Shown: positions 16,463-24,170 of the stretch, one piece after another
Layout: every line of letters begins with the position of its first letter
Numbering within the stretch: the stretch's first letter is position 1
Assembly (NCBI GenBank): GCA_016203115.1
Contig: JACQNJ010000007.1
Location: 3,115-35,114, forward strand
Reading direction: 5' to 3'
DNA: 32,000 nucleotides
DNA from: Candidatus Woesearchaeota archaeon
GTDB lineage: Archaea > Nanobdellota > Nanobdellia > SCGC-AAA011-G17 > GW2011-AR20
The notes under the pieces: model-generated
The model's database searches: none
Told to the model about the DNA's origin: nothing
Seen by the model: only the letters and a program-made list of their open reading frames with translations
Program-made: the position numbers and the translations under genes

Positions 16463-17560
16463 TTAAATAGCCCACTTATGTGGAATAGGGCCAGCACCTT
16501 CAATTTTTTTAATATTGCCGAATGCATAAAGACCATTCAAATGTTTTATGGTGTTCCTATAAGAAAAACTGAATCTTCTCTGAATTTCAGATGCGGTAAA
16601 AGAACCTGTTTTATTTTTTAACAGAAAAAAGATAATCTTTTCTTTATTTAAACCAGGAATTTTGCTTTTTCTTAATTTTTTAAATCCGCATATGAGTTTC
16701 TTTTTTCTTAACACATGATACCTAAACAAGTCTAAAAACACAAATGTACCTAAGTTCTTATAGCCAGTTATGCATACATCATATTTATTTTTCCTATTTC
16801 TTGAAACTACGCCAAATTCATAAAGTAGGTTAGCAATGAGAATTCTTTCCTCTTCTCTTTTAGAGGTATAAGTAACCATATTCAAGGAACCAGTACGGGT
16901 AATATTGGGAGAACCTTCTCCTGCAAACGCCCCTCTTAAGAAAAAAAGAATGTATTCTTTAGGAATATTCGAAAGAATTTTTGAGAGGTTATTCAAAAGT
17001 CCAGTTATCAGTAATTGAAAAAGTATAGAATTGGCCTCCAAATGTAATGTTCCAAATTCTTTTATTTTTCCATTACCAGCAGATTTCTTAGTTCTTATGC
17101 CAGTAATGTTGCTGGGTTTAAGAAAAGTATTACTAATCCAAAAAGAGATAACTTCTTTTTGATTTTTGGTGGATCTTTCATGTAGTTGGATCCAAGCAGA
17201 TAGAGTACTCTTTCTAACTCCAAGAAGTTTAAAAAACTTAACAGCTTGATCAATTATTAAAGGTTCACTATTAGTTATTTTAGATCTCCTATTTCTAGAA
17301 CCTTCAGCAAGGTAGATTCCTAACCCGACCATAAAGTCTTCATTAATCCTTGAATAAATCGGAATTTTTAATGGCAGTAAGGAATGAGAATATTTGTAAC
17401 TATAAAAAACGATAGCATAACCATGATTAATTGTAAATTGTATTTTATGTTGTTTATATCTATCTGGAAATAAAAGGAGATTATTAATATAAATCTTGTT
17501 TTTAAAGTTGACAATTAAACTTCCATTAAGTTTGTCTCTAAAGACAATTTTCTCTCTCAT
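16463..17560 (-). CDS. LAGLIDADG-like double-motif protein with C-terminal winged-helix-like domain (free-standing homing-endonuclease-like)
   Basis: Two xxGxxxxEG blocks: FMVGLGIYLAEGS and FFLRGAFAGEGS. The C-terminus FTASEIQRRFSFSYRNTIKHLNGL is wHTH-like. Its stop codon lies 1 nt from the Hef helicase stop, in convergent orientation. Confidence 0.5.
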   Translation of the reverse strand: MREKIVFRDKLNGSLIVNFKNKIYINNLLLFPDRYKQHKIQFTINHGYAIVFYSYKYSHSLLPLKIPIYSRINEDFMVGLGIYLAEGSRNRRSKITNSEPLIIDQAVKFFKLLGVRKSTLSAWIQLHERSTKNQKEVISFWISNTFLKPSNITGIRTKKSAGNGKIKEFGTLHLEANSILFQLLITGLLNNLSKILSNIPKEYILFFLRGAFAGEGSPNITRTGSLNMVTYTSKREEERILIANLLYEFGVVSRNRKNKYDVCITGYKNLGTFVFLDLFRYHVLRKKKLICGFKKLRKSKIPGLNKEKIIFFLLKNKTGSFTASEIQRRFSFSYRNTIKHLNGLYAFGNIKKIEGAGPIPHKWAI

Positions 17561-17603
17561 AGTGTTAATACGAGATTCAGCAATATATAAACCTCGAGCG
17601 TGA

Positions 17604-18368
17604 GGTTGTCCGGTTGACTAGTGAATAGAAGGCTATATGAATATGAGATGATGGCAAGGGCTTGGGAACTATACTATAGAGGTCTTTCTCTCAGAAATAT
17701 TAAGCAATATTTGAAGATTCACTTTGGAACTAAGAATCTAAGTCATTCAACAATATTCTACTGGGTACAGCACTGCTCGGAAATTATGAATAAATATACT
17801 ATTCAGTTCCTTCCTAAAAGTATTGATACTCTCCATGCCGATGAAACTACATTAAAAGTGGCTGGAACTATGCATAAAGGATATTGCGATGCATGGCTAT
17901 GGGTTGGCATAGACTTAAAATCAAAATTACTAGTTTCAACCTACATTTCTCAAGGAAGAACCTTGACTGATGCAACAAAATTTGTGAATGGGATTCCAAT
18001 TACACCAAAAAGAGTTATTACAGATGCTTTACCTTCTTACATAATCCCAATTAAACAAAAATGGAACAATAAAGCAAGACATATTGTTGTAAAGAATATT
18101 TCTTCAAACATTACAAATAATGTAATAGAGAGATTTAACGGATTCGTAAAAGACAGGACAAAACCAATGAGGGGCTTTGGAGCAATGCACTCTGCTGAGA
18201 CTTACTTCAAGGGCTTATCTGTTTATAATAATTTTATTAAGCCACATAGCTCTTTAGACGGTAAAACCCCTGCTGAATTTTTAGGTATTGATTTGGGCTT
18301 GGCTGATAATCCTGTTTTGGATATATTAAAAAGAAGCATTTAATATACACATTTTATAGAACGCAACC
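17604..18368 (+). mobile_element. IS6-family insertion sequence (boundaries approximate)
   Basis: About 765 bp with a single DDE transposase. The termini begin GGTTGTCCGG.. on the left and, as reverse complement, GGTTGCGTTC.. on the right. Only the first 5 nt match cleanly, and no flanking direct repeat was seen. Confidence 0.5.
17621..18343 (+). CDS. IS6-family DDE transposase
   Basis: N-terminal HTH (LSLRNIKQYL..SHSTIFYWV). D74 (HADETTLKV), D135 (VITDALPSY) and E170 (NNVIERFNGFVKDR) have 34 residues between the second D and E. MRGF follows the E. Confidence 0.8.
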   Translation: MNRRLYEYEMMARAWELYYRGLSLRNIKQYLKIHFGTKNLSHSTIFYWVQHCSEIMNKYTIQFLPKSIDTLHADETTLKVAGTMHKGYCDAWLWVGIDLKSKLLVSTYISQGRTLTDATKFVNGIPITPKRVITDALPSYIIPIKQKWNNKARHIVVKNISSNITNNVIERFNGFVKDRTKPMRGFGAMHSAETYFKGLSVYNNFIKPHSSLDGKTPAEFLGIDLGLADNPVLDILKRSI

Positions 18369-18407
18369 AATAGAAGATATATATTAGAAAATATATAAAA
18401 AATAATA

Positions 18408-18863
18408 TCAATGACTAGGGTTCATATTCTCCATATACCCATCTAAAAATTTTGGTAAATCAGTTTGAGATATATCCTGTACAGGTCTAGTAAAAAATTC
18501 GTGTGTTGGAATATCATTCAAAGCAGAGGTAAGAATTCTCTCTATAAACCTAGCTTGATGAGCATTTCTAGTTTTAAAATATACACCAACTAAAGTACCA
18601 TCTAAAATTAAAGGGTGCATAATATCCCTACCACCATTAAAAGGAAATGCATCCATATAGTTCCCGTGTTGTCTAGAAGCAGGAGCATAGTTTCTATCCG
18701 GAAAATCAAAGTAAACCCCATCTCCAAAAGGGAGTACATTAGTAACGCAAACCTTCACTGTATCAAGAATTGCTTTACCATCTTGAGATTCAATCGCTCC
18801 AACATCATTTAAACCCATAAAAGTCAAAGTCAATAAAGAACCAACAACATGTCTCATTCTCAT
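18408..18863 (-). CDS. Hypothetical protein, compositional outlier (ORFan)
   Basis: A 151-codon ORF in a stop-rich AT genome with only 4 Lys. I recognised no motif. A TTTTTATATA box at 18886..18895 lies about 27 nt upstream. Confidence 0.5.
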   Translation of the reverse strand: MRMRHVVGSLLTLTFMGLNDVGAIESQDGKAILDTVKVCVTNVLPFGDGVYFDFPDRNYAPASRQHGNYMDAFPFNGGRDIMHPLILDGTLVGVYFKTRNAHQARFIERILTSALNDIPTHEFFTRPVQDISQTDLPKFLDGYMENMNPSH

Positions 18864-18885
18864 AAAAATGCATAATAAAGATAAG

Positions 18886-18903
18886 TATATAAAAATTTAT
18901 ATG
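18886..18903. promoter_or_regulatory. Back-to-back TATA boxes for the ORFan (-) and the Hef nuclease (+)
   Basis: TTTTTATATA on the minus strand (18886..18895). TTTATATGG on the plus strand (18896..18903). Each lies about 25-27 nt from its start codon. Confidence 0.4.
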
Positions 18904-18924
18904 GTATAAAGATTACAAATAAAC

Positions 18925-19584
18925 ATGGAAATAATAGCAGATTATAGAGAAAAGAAGATTATTTTGGAACTATCTAAAAAGCATATCAAAGTTACTGCAA
19001 AAAGTTTAATTTCTGCAGATTTTATAATTCAATCAAAAACAACAGAAGGAAGGGTTGTTTTAGTAGGTATAGAGAGAAAGACAATAACTGATTTTTTAAA
19101 TTCAATAATAGACAAAAGAATAATCATCCAGTTATTAACATTAAAAGAAAATTTTGATACACCTATTTTATTAATAGAAGGGGAAGAAAATATTTACCAG
19201 GTTAGAAATTTTCATCCAAATTCAATAAGAGGAATGCTTTCAGCCATAGCAATAGACTTGCAAATACCAACATTATACACTAAAAATGAAAAAGACACTG
19301 CTTCATACATAGAAACAATAGCAAAAAGGATGGAGAGTAAGAGAAAAGATATTAGTTTATTAAAAAAAAGAAAACCACTTGAATTAAATGAAATGCAGGA
19401 GTATCTTATTGAATCATTTCCGGGAATAGGCCCAACAATAGCAAAGAATCTACTTAAGAAGTTTAAAACAGTAAAAAGAATAGTAAACGCTAAAGAAAAA
19501 GAATTATTAGAAGTGGAGAAATTAGGAAAGAAAAAAGTCAAAGAAATCAAGAGGGTTTTGGAAGAGAATTACGAAAAGGGTTAA
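18925..19584 (+). CDS. hef: XPF/Hef-type ERCC4 nuclease with C-terminal (HhH)2 domain
   Basis: ADYRE, SADFII and GIERKT (ERCC4 GDxn-ERK signature). HhH segments FPGIGPTIAKNLL and VEKLGKKKVKEI. It has its own TATA box (TTTATATGG at 18896..18903) about 25 nt upstream. Confidence 0.85.
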   Translation: MEIIADYREKKIILELSKKHIKVTAKSLISADFIIQSKTTEGRVVLVGIERKTITDFLNSIIDKRIIIQLLTLKENFDTPILLIEGEENIYQVRNFHPNSIRGMLSAIAIDLQIPTLYTKNEKDTASYIETIAKRMESKRKDISLLKKRKPLELNEMQEYLIESFPGIGPTIAKNLLKKFKTVKRIVNAKEKELLEVEKLGKKKVKEIKRVLEENYEKG

Positions 19585-20008
19585 ATTCTTCTTTTAAGGG
19601 GTTGAGTCTAGCCCTTTCATATTCCAAACAAGCTTCAAGGTCCATAGTATAATGAGAACTACATCCAGTAAGGGTAAGTTTTCTCTCGGGGTCATCAATT
19701 AACAGTATAACATAAGGTCTCATTTCCCTATAAAGTCTTAATCTGGATTCAATATCAGAAGAAAAGGCTTCACCCAAGTGTTCCTCATGTACATACATAG
19801 ACCTACCATCTAAATTTATACTACTCAATGCTTGTTTAATCAACATTAAAACAATGCTCCTATACTTATCCGGACATTTACCAATAGTGACACCAAGAAA
19901 ATTATAGCCTCTTCTTTCAAGTTGATCTATAATTGCATCTCTTGAACTATGAACGATATTAGTTAAAAATCCCAATTCATTAAAAGAAACAATTTTTTTA
20001 ACATACAT
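19547..20008 (-). CDS. Hypothetical protein (ORFan)
   Basis: A 153-codon ORF whose 3' end overlaps the nuclease gene 3' end by 38 nt in convergent orientation. I recognised no motif. Confidence 0.5.
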   Translation of the reverse strand: MYVKKIVSFNELGFLTNIVHSSRDAIIDQLERRGYNFLGVTIGKCPDKYRSIVLMLIKQALSSINLDGRSMYVHEEHLGEAFSSDIESRLRLYREMRPYVILLIDDPERKLTLTGCSSHYTMDLEACLEYERARLNPLKEEFNPFRNSLPKPS

Positions 20009-20108
20009 AAATCTTCAAAAATTAAAAGTATTAATTTGGTTTAATAAGCATTATTAAACTAGTAAATATAATAATGAACAACAATTATCTGTTTAAACTG
20101 AAAGATAT

Positions 20109-20666
20109 TTATACCTTTTTTGTTTTAAATTCCCCTATCGTAAAATATTTTGAACCATCTCTATGTAGCTCACTTCTATATAACCCAAAAGAAGTTACTT
20201 CCTGCCCAATATTTTTTACATTAATTTTTTTAATCTCTGAAATTAATTTATATGTTTGTTTAGAATAACCTACTCTAGCCATAGTAATATGTGCCTTAAA
20301 TTCGTTATCCCTGTTAATGGCTCCCAATAAAGATTCATCAATTTCTCTTTGCAATTTCAAAACATCAGTTACTGGATTAATTCCAACCCAAAGAACTTTG
20401 ACAACACTTTCATTTGGAAAAACACCTATATGAGAAATATTAAATTTAAAAGGCTTAAATTGGATTTCTCTCGCTTTATTTTTCACTTCTTCCAACTTGT
20501 CTTCCTTAATCTCGCCCAAAAACATCAAAGTTATGTGTAAATTCTTCTTAGGTACAAATCTTATTTTCAGATTACAGCCCCTTAAATCGTTCTTTAGTTT
20601 ATACATTAATTCATACAGATAATCCTTAACTTCATCGCTTAAAGGAATAGCAAAAAAGCATCTCAT
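20109..20666 (-). CDS. ligT: 2H phosphoesterase (RNA 2',3'-cyclic phosphodiesterase / 2'-5' RNA ligase family)
   Basis: Two HxTx motifs (HITLMFLG and HITMARV) at the expected spacing. The length of 185 aa is typical. Confidence 0.8.
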   Translation of the reverse strand: MRCFFAIPLSDEVKDYLYELMYKLKNDLRGCNLKIRFVPKKNLHITLMFLGEIKEDKLEEVKNKAREIQFKPFKFNISHIGVFPNESVVKVLWVGINPVTDVLKLQREIDESLLGAINRDNEFKAHITMARVGYSKQTYKLISEIKKINVKNIGQEVTSFGLYRSELHRDGSKYFTIGEFKTKKV

Positions 20667-21085
20667 CTTATCTCTATCTTATCTCCTAATTTTATATTAT
20701 TCTCCTCAGTAAAGCCTTCATTTACCTCTAAAACATATTTAGCTTTGCCCCTTGAATCATAGGTCCTGCATGGGTCTTCCTCACAAGGAATTGCATACTG
20801 AATATCTACTATAGTAAAATTTTCATCAATAAAGACAATATCTAAAGGTATAAGGGTGTTTTTCATCCAGAAGGATATATAATCTAGATCATCAAAAATA
20901 AAAAGCATACCGCAATTTTTGCATATGTTCTCTCTAAACATTAAACCCCTAGACCTCTTATCACCAGTATCAGCTACCTCTATTCTTATTTTTACCTTCT
21001 CATTTTGAGAAGTTTCTATTTCCAAATATTTTGAAGTGCATCCAGCTAGAAAAACTAACAAAACAAAAAACAGTATAATTCGCAT
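20663..21085 (-). CDS. DUF192-family lipoprotein
   Basis: Lipobox LAGC in MRIILFFVLLVFLAGCTS. DUF192 blocks RGLMFR, MLFIF and FWMKNTLIPLDIVFID. It has a 4-nt overlap with ligT. Confidence 0.75.
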   Translation of the reverse strand: MRIILFFVLLVFLAGCTSKYLEIETSQNEKVKIRIEVADTGDKRSRGLMFRENICKNCGMLFIFDDLDYISFWMKNTLIPLDIVFIDENFTIVDIQYAIPCEEDPCRTYDSRGKAKYVLEVNEGFTEENNIKLGDKIEIR

Positions 21086-21120
21086 AATTAAATAAACTAA
21101 GCAGTATATTTAAAATTAAT

Positions 21121-21882
21121 TCAAAAAAAAGTGGATAATATTTTAGAGCCGCAATCAATGGTTATATCATTAAAATCCTTATCCGGGTTGACTTCCACAA
21201 GGTCAATTCTTCTCAGATTTCTCATTTTTTTGATTCTCTGCAATAAAAACAGCAATTCTCTAATACTCATACCTCCAGGTTCTCTATATCCTGTTCCAGG
21301 TGCAAATGCAGGATCTAAAACATCAATATCAATGCTCAGATAAAGATCAGAAAAGCCAAGAGCAAATTCAGTGATGTCATCAGCTGTCTCTTTTATCCCA
21401 TTTTCAAATATCAGTTTCATAGGTATGCACTTAATCTTATTCAACTTGATAAACTCCATTTCATTCTTACTAATATTCCTAACTCCAACCAGCAAAACAT
21501 TTTCTTTCCTTACTTTGCCTTCTTCTATAAGCATTCTCAAGTAGCATTCATGATCAGGTGTGCTAGTTCCAACTTCTAAATCAGGATGCGCATCTAAGAT
21601 TACAATCCCTTTATTTCTCCCAAGTAGAGAGTTAAAACTAGAGTAGGTAATTGAATGGTCTCCTCCAAGATAAATATCTCCAGGCTCATTTGATAGGTTT
21701 TTAGAGGTAAAATCAAGATTATTTCTATCTACTTTGACTTTTGAAAAATCAAATGTAATAAGATTTCCATCCTCATTTAAAGACATGCCTCTTAATCCTT
21801 TTGCAATTAAGTCTGGTGCTTTCTCGCAGCCTTCATTTTTTCCTAGACTTCCAGAATCAAAGGGAACTCCAATAATTTTCAT
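21121..21882 (-). CDS. speB: Arginase-family ureohydrolase, probably agmatinase
   Basis: Mn-binding blocks GGDHSITY, LDAHPDL and SIDIDVLDPAFAPG. Confidence 0.75.
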   Translation of the reverse strand: MKIIGVPFDSGSLGKNEGCEKAPDLIAKGLRGMSLNEDGNLITFDFSKVKVDRNNLDFTSKNLSNEPGDIYLGGDHSITYSSFNSLLGRNKGIVILDAHPDLEVGTSTPDHECYLRMLIEEGKVRKENVLLVGVRNISKNEMEFIKLNKIKCIPMKLIFENGIKETADDITEFALGFSDLYLSIDIDVLDPAFAPGTGYREPGGMSIRELLFLLQRIKKMRNLRRIDLVEVNPDKDFNDITIDCGSKILSTFF

Positions 21883-21968
21883 AATTCCTCCATTATAACA
21901 AAAGCTTTAAAATTTGCTAAACTAGTAATAGAACGTATATACTAGACCAAAATTAGTTATCCCTTAGA

Positions 21969-22316
21969 ATGAACGAATCATCAATTTTTAAACTTTCATT
22001 AGCTATCTCACTTACAGGAATACTTCTTCTCCTAGTAATAGTAGAAACCACAGAAATACAGGAGATTGGAATAGAAGATATTAGTAATAAAAAAGAAGAT
22101 GAAACTGTAAGGATAGTGGGAAAAATAGAAAGTATTAAAGAAACCCCAGGATTATATATTCTAAACATAGAAGACAAGAGTGGAAAAATAAATGTGATAG
22201 TCTTCAAAGAAGATAAGCTTAACATAAGTAAGGGTAATCAAGCCGATATAGAAGGAACAGTAAAAGAATATCAGAACAAAAAAGAATTAATAGCCAAGAG
22301 AATAAGCATAATATAA
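21969..22316 (+). CDS. Membrane-anchored OB-fold (tRNA_anti-like nucleic-acid-binding) protein
   Basis: N-terminal TM segment LSLAISLTGILLLLVIV. OB pattern VRIVGKIESIKE..LYILNIEDKSGKINVIVFKE..ADIEGTVKEYQNKKELI. Confidence 0.65.
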   Translation: MNESSIFKLSLAISLTGILLLLVIVETTEIQEIGIEDISNKKEDETVRIVGKIESIKETPGLYILNIEDKSGKINVIVFKEDKLNISKGNQADIEGTVKEYQNKKELIAKRISII

Positions 22317-23512
22317 TGCTTGAGCTGCTTGTAGTAATAATATTGGGAATTCTCTTAGGGATTATATGCGGCATTATCCCAGGTCTTCACCCAAATGCAG
22401 TAAGTGTTATTCTAATATCACTCTCTCCCTTGTTATTAAATTACTTATCCCCTGTGGCATTAGCCGCGTTAATAGTCACTGTAGCAGTTTCTAACTCAAT
22501 TATAGATGCACTTCCATCAATTTACCTAGGTGCTCCGGATGCAGATAGCAATGCAATGAACGTCTTGCCAGGTCACAAAATGCTGCTAGAAGGAAAAGGG
22601 CATGAAGCAATAGTGTTAACAGTAACAGGTTCTCTTCTCGGCTTGCTCTTTGCAATAGTTGCAATCCCTCCACTAGTCATTCTCCTAAAAAGTGGATATC
22701 CAATCATTAGGAGCTACTTGGCGTTTATCATTATAGGCGTAATGGTGTTTCTTATATTAAGAGAAAAAAATAAATTATGGGCACTGATTATCTTCCTCCT
22801 CTCTGGTGTTCTAGGAATCGCAACAATAAATGCACAGATAAAAGAACCCCTATTTCCTTTATTTTCGGGCCTGTTTGGAATAAGTACGTTAATCCTAGGC
22901 TTAAAAAATAAAGTAAAAATACCAAAACAAGCACATGAAGAGATAAAAATCAAAAAAAGGAATGTGTTTAAGGCAGTGCTAACAAGCTTAATATCAGGAA
23001 GTATAGTCTCCATGTTGCCAGGATTAGGGAGTGCACAAGGAGCAATTCTAGGAAGTAGTATTGTTAAAGAAAAAGATTCAAAAAATTTTCTTATAATGGT
23101 GGGAGGAATAAGTACTGTAGACTTTATAATAAGTTTTGTGTCTATTTACACATTAGACAAAGCAAGAAATGGTTCAATAGTAGCCATATCAAAGATACTA
23201 GAATCATTTACCATTAATAATTTAATTCTTTTTATAGCAATCGCACTTATCGTAGGAGGAGTTTCTGCAATAATCACTATTAAACTATCAAAAGTTTCAA
23301 GTGAATACATTCCAAAGATAAACTACCAAGTTCTAAGTATAATCATAATTCTAGGAATAACAACTGCAGTAGGAATAATCTCAGGATTGATAGGGTTACT
23401 TGTATTAATTACAGCAATAAGTCTAGGAATGCTCCCAGACCTAAAGGAAACAGGAAAAAGTCATTTAATGGGTTCTCTAATACTTCCAGTAATCCTATAT
23501 TTTCTATTATGA
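22316..23512 (+). CDS. TctA/DUF112-family polytopic membrane transporter
   Basis: The N-terminus GILLGIICGIIPGLHPNAVS is characteristic. The protein has about 10 or more TM helices. The TAATG overlap with the OB-fold gene indicates co-translation. Confidence 0.7.
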   Translation: MLELLVVIILGILLGIICGIIPGLHPNAVSVILISLSPLLLNYLSPVALAALIVTVAVSNSIIDALPSIYLGAPDADSNAMNVLPGHKMLLEGKGHEAIVLTVTGSLLGLLFAIVAIPPLVILLKSGYPIIRSYLAFIIIGVMVFLILREKNKLWALIIFLLSGVLGIATINAQIKEPLFPLFSGLFGISTLILGLKNKVKIPKQAHEEIKIKKRNVFKAVLTSLISGSIVSMLPGLGSAQGAILGSSIVKEKDSKNFLIMVGGISTVDFIISFVSIYTLDKARNGSIVAISKILESFTINNLILFIAIALIVGGVSAIITIKLSKVSSEYIPKINYQVLSIIIILGITTAVGIISGLIGLLVLITAISLGMLPDLKETGKSHLMGSLILPVILYFLL

Positions 23513-23573
23513 AAATGAAACATCTCAATCGCAACAAGCTGCGGGGTAAGTCCCAAGAAGGAATATATTTTAT

Positions 23574-24170
23574 TTAGTATCTTCCACCAAGGTAAACACT
23601 TTTTATTTTACTATGTTTTAAAATATCCTTTCCTCCTTTTAGAGCAATTTTTCCATCCTCTAATAAATAAGTCTTATCAGCTATCTGTATTGCTTTCTTT
23701 GCATTTTGCTCAACAATTAAAATAGAAATTCCATCTTCCTTTAATTTCAAAATCATTTTAAACAATTCTTTTTGCAATTTAGGACTTAAACCTAAAGAAG
23801 GCTCATCCAACATTAACAAAAAAGGGCTCTGCATTAATGCCATCCCTAAAGCTAGCATTTGTTGCTGCCCGCCACTTAAAGTAAAGGCTAAATCCTTCTT
23901 CTTTTCTCTTAATACTGGAAATCTTTTATAAACTGAATTTAAATTTCTTTTAATTATTTCTTTATCTTTAATTAATTCTGCTCCAATTTCTAAGTTCTCT
24001 TCTACAGTTAAAGAGCTAAAGTTTATTCTTCCTTGATTAACATAACTTATCCCTAAGTTTAATAGCTCATGTGTTTTTAATTTTGTAATATCTTTATTCT
24101 TGAAAATAATTTTCCCTTTTTTTACATCAGCAATATTAAAAACAGACTTTATAACTGTACTTTTCCCCAT
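23574..24170 (-). pseudogene. LivF-like ABC transporter ATP-binding protein, 5'-truncated remnant
   Basis: Signature LSGGQQQML, Walker B LLMLDEPS and the LivF/G-type ILIVEQN are present. The ORF begins MGKST, in the middle of Walker A. About 35-40 N-terminal residues are missing and an in-frame TAG lies 8 codons upstream. No permease or binding-protein gene is nearby. Confidence 0.7.

Noticed and set aside
17624-18376. The 8-mer aatagaag occurs at 17624-17631 and 18369-18376, a possible IS target-site duplication.
   Set aside because: The left copy lies inside the element, within the transposase start region, and does not flank it. It is most likely a chance match in AT-rich DNA.
14953-19584. 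An intein as the explanation for the LAGLIDADG gene between the Hef halves, or an intein in PolD DP2.
   Set aside because: The LAGLIDADG ORF is on the opposite strand and each Hef half has its own stop, start and promoter. DP2 at 1162 aa is normal length, and I saw no Hint/splicing blocks.
18408-20008. I considered whether the two ORFans are pyruvoyl-dependent decarboxylases (SpeH/PdaD-like), given the nearby agmatinase.
   Set aside because: I could find no ESH-type self-cleavage motif or other family signature. They are left as unknown.
23515-23577. A 20-codon ORF (MKHLNRNKLRGKSQEGIYFI) and a locally GC-richer patch between the TctA-like gene and the ABC remnant. I also considered a small RNA or a terminator here.
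   Set aside because: It is too short and I could find no convincing stem-loop, tRNA-like or C/D-box features. It is more likely decayed remnant sequence.
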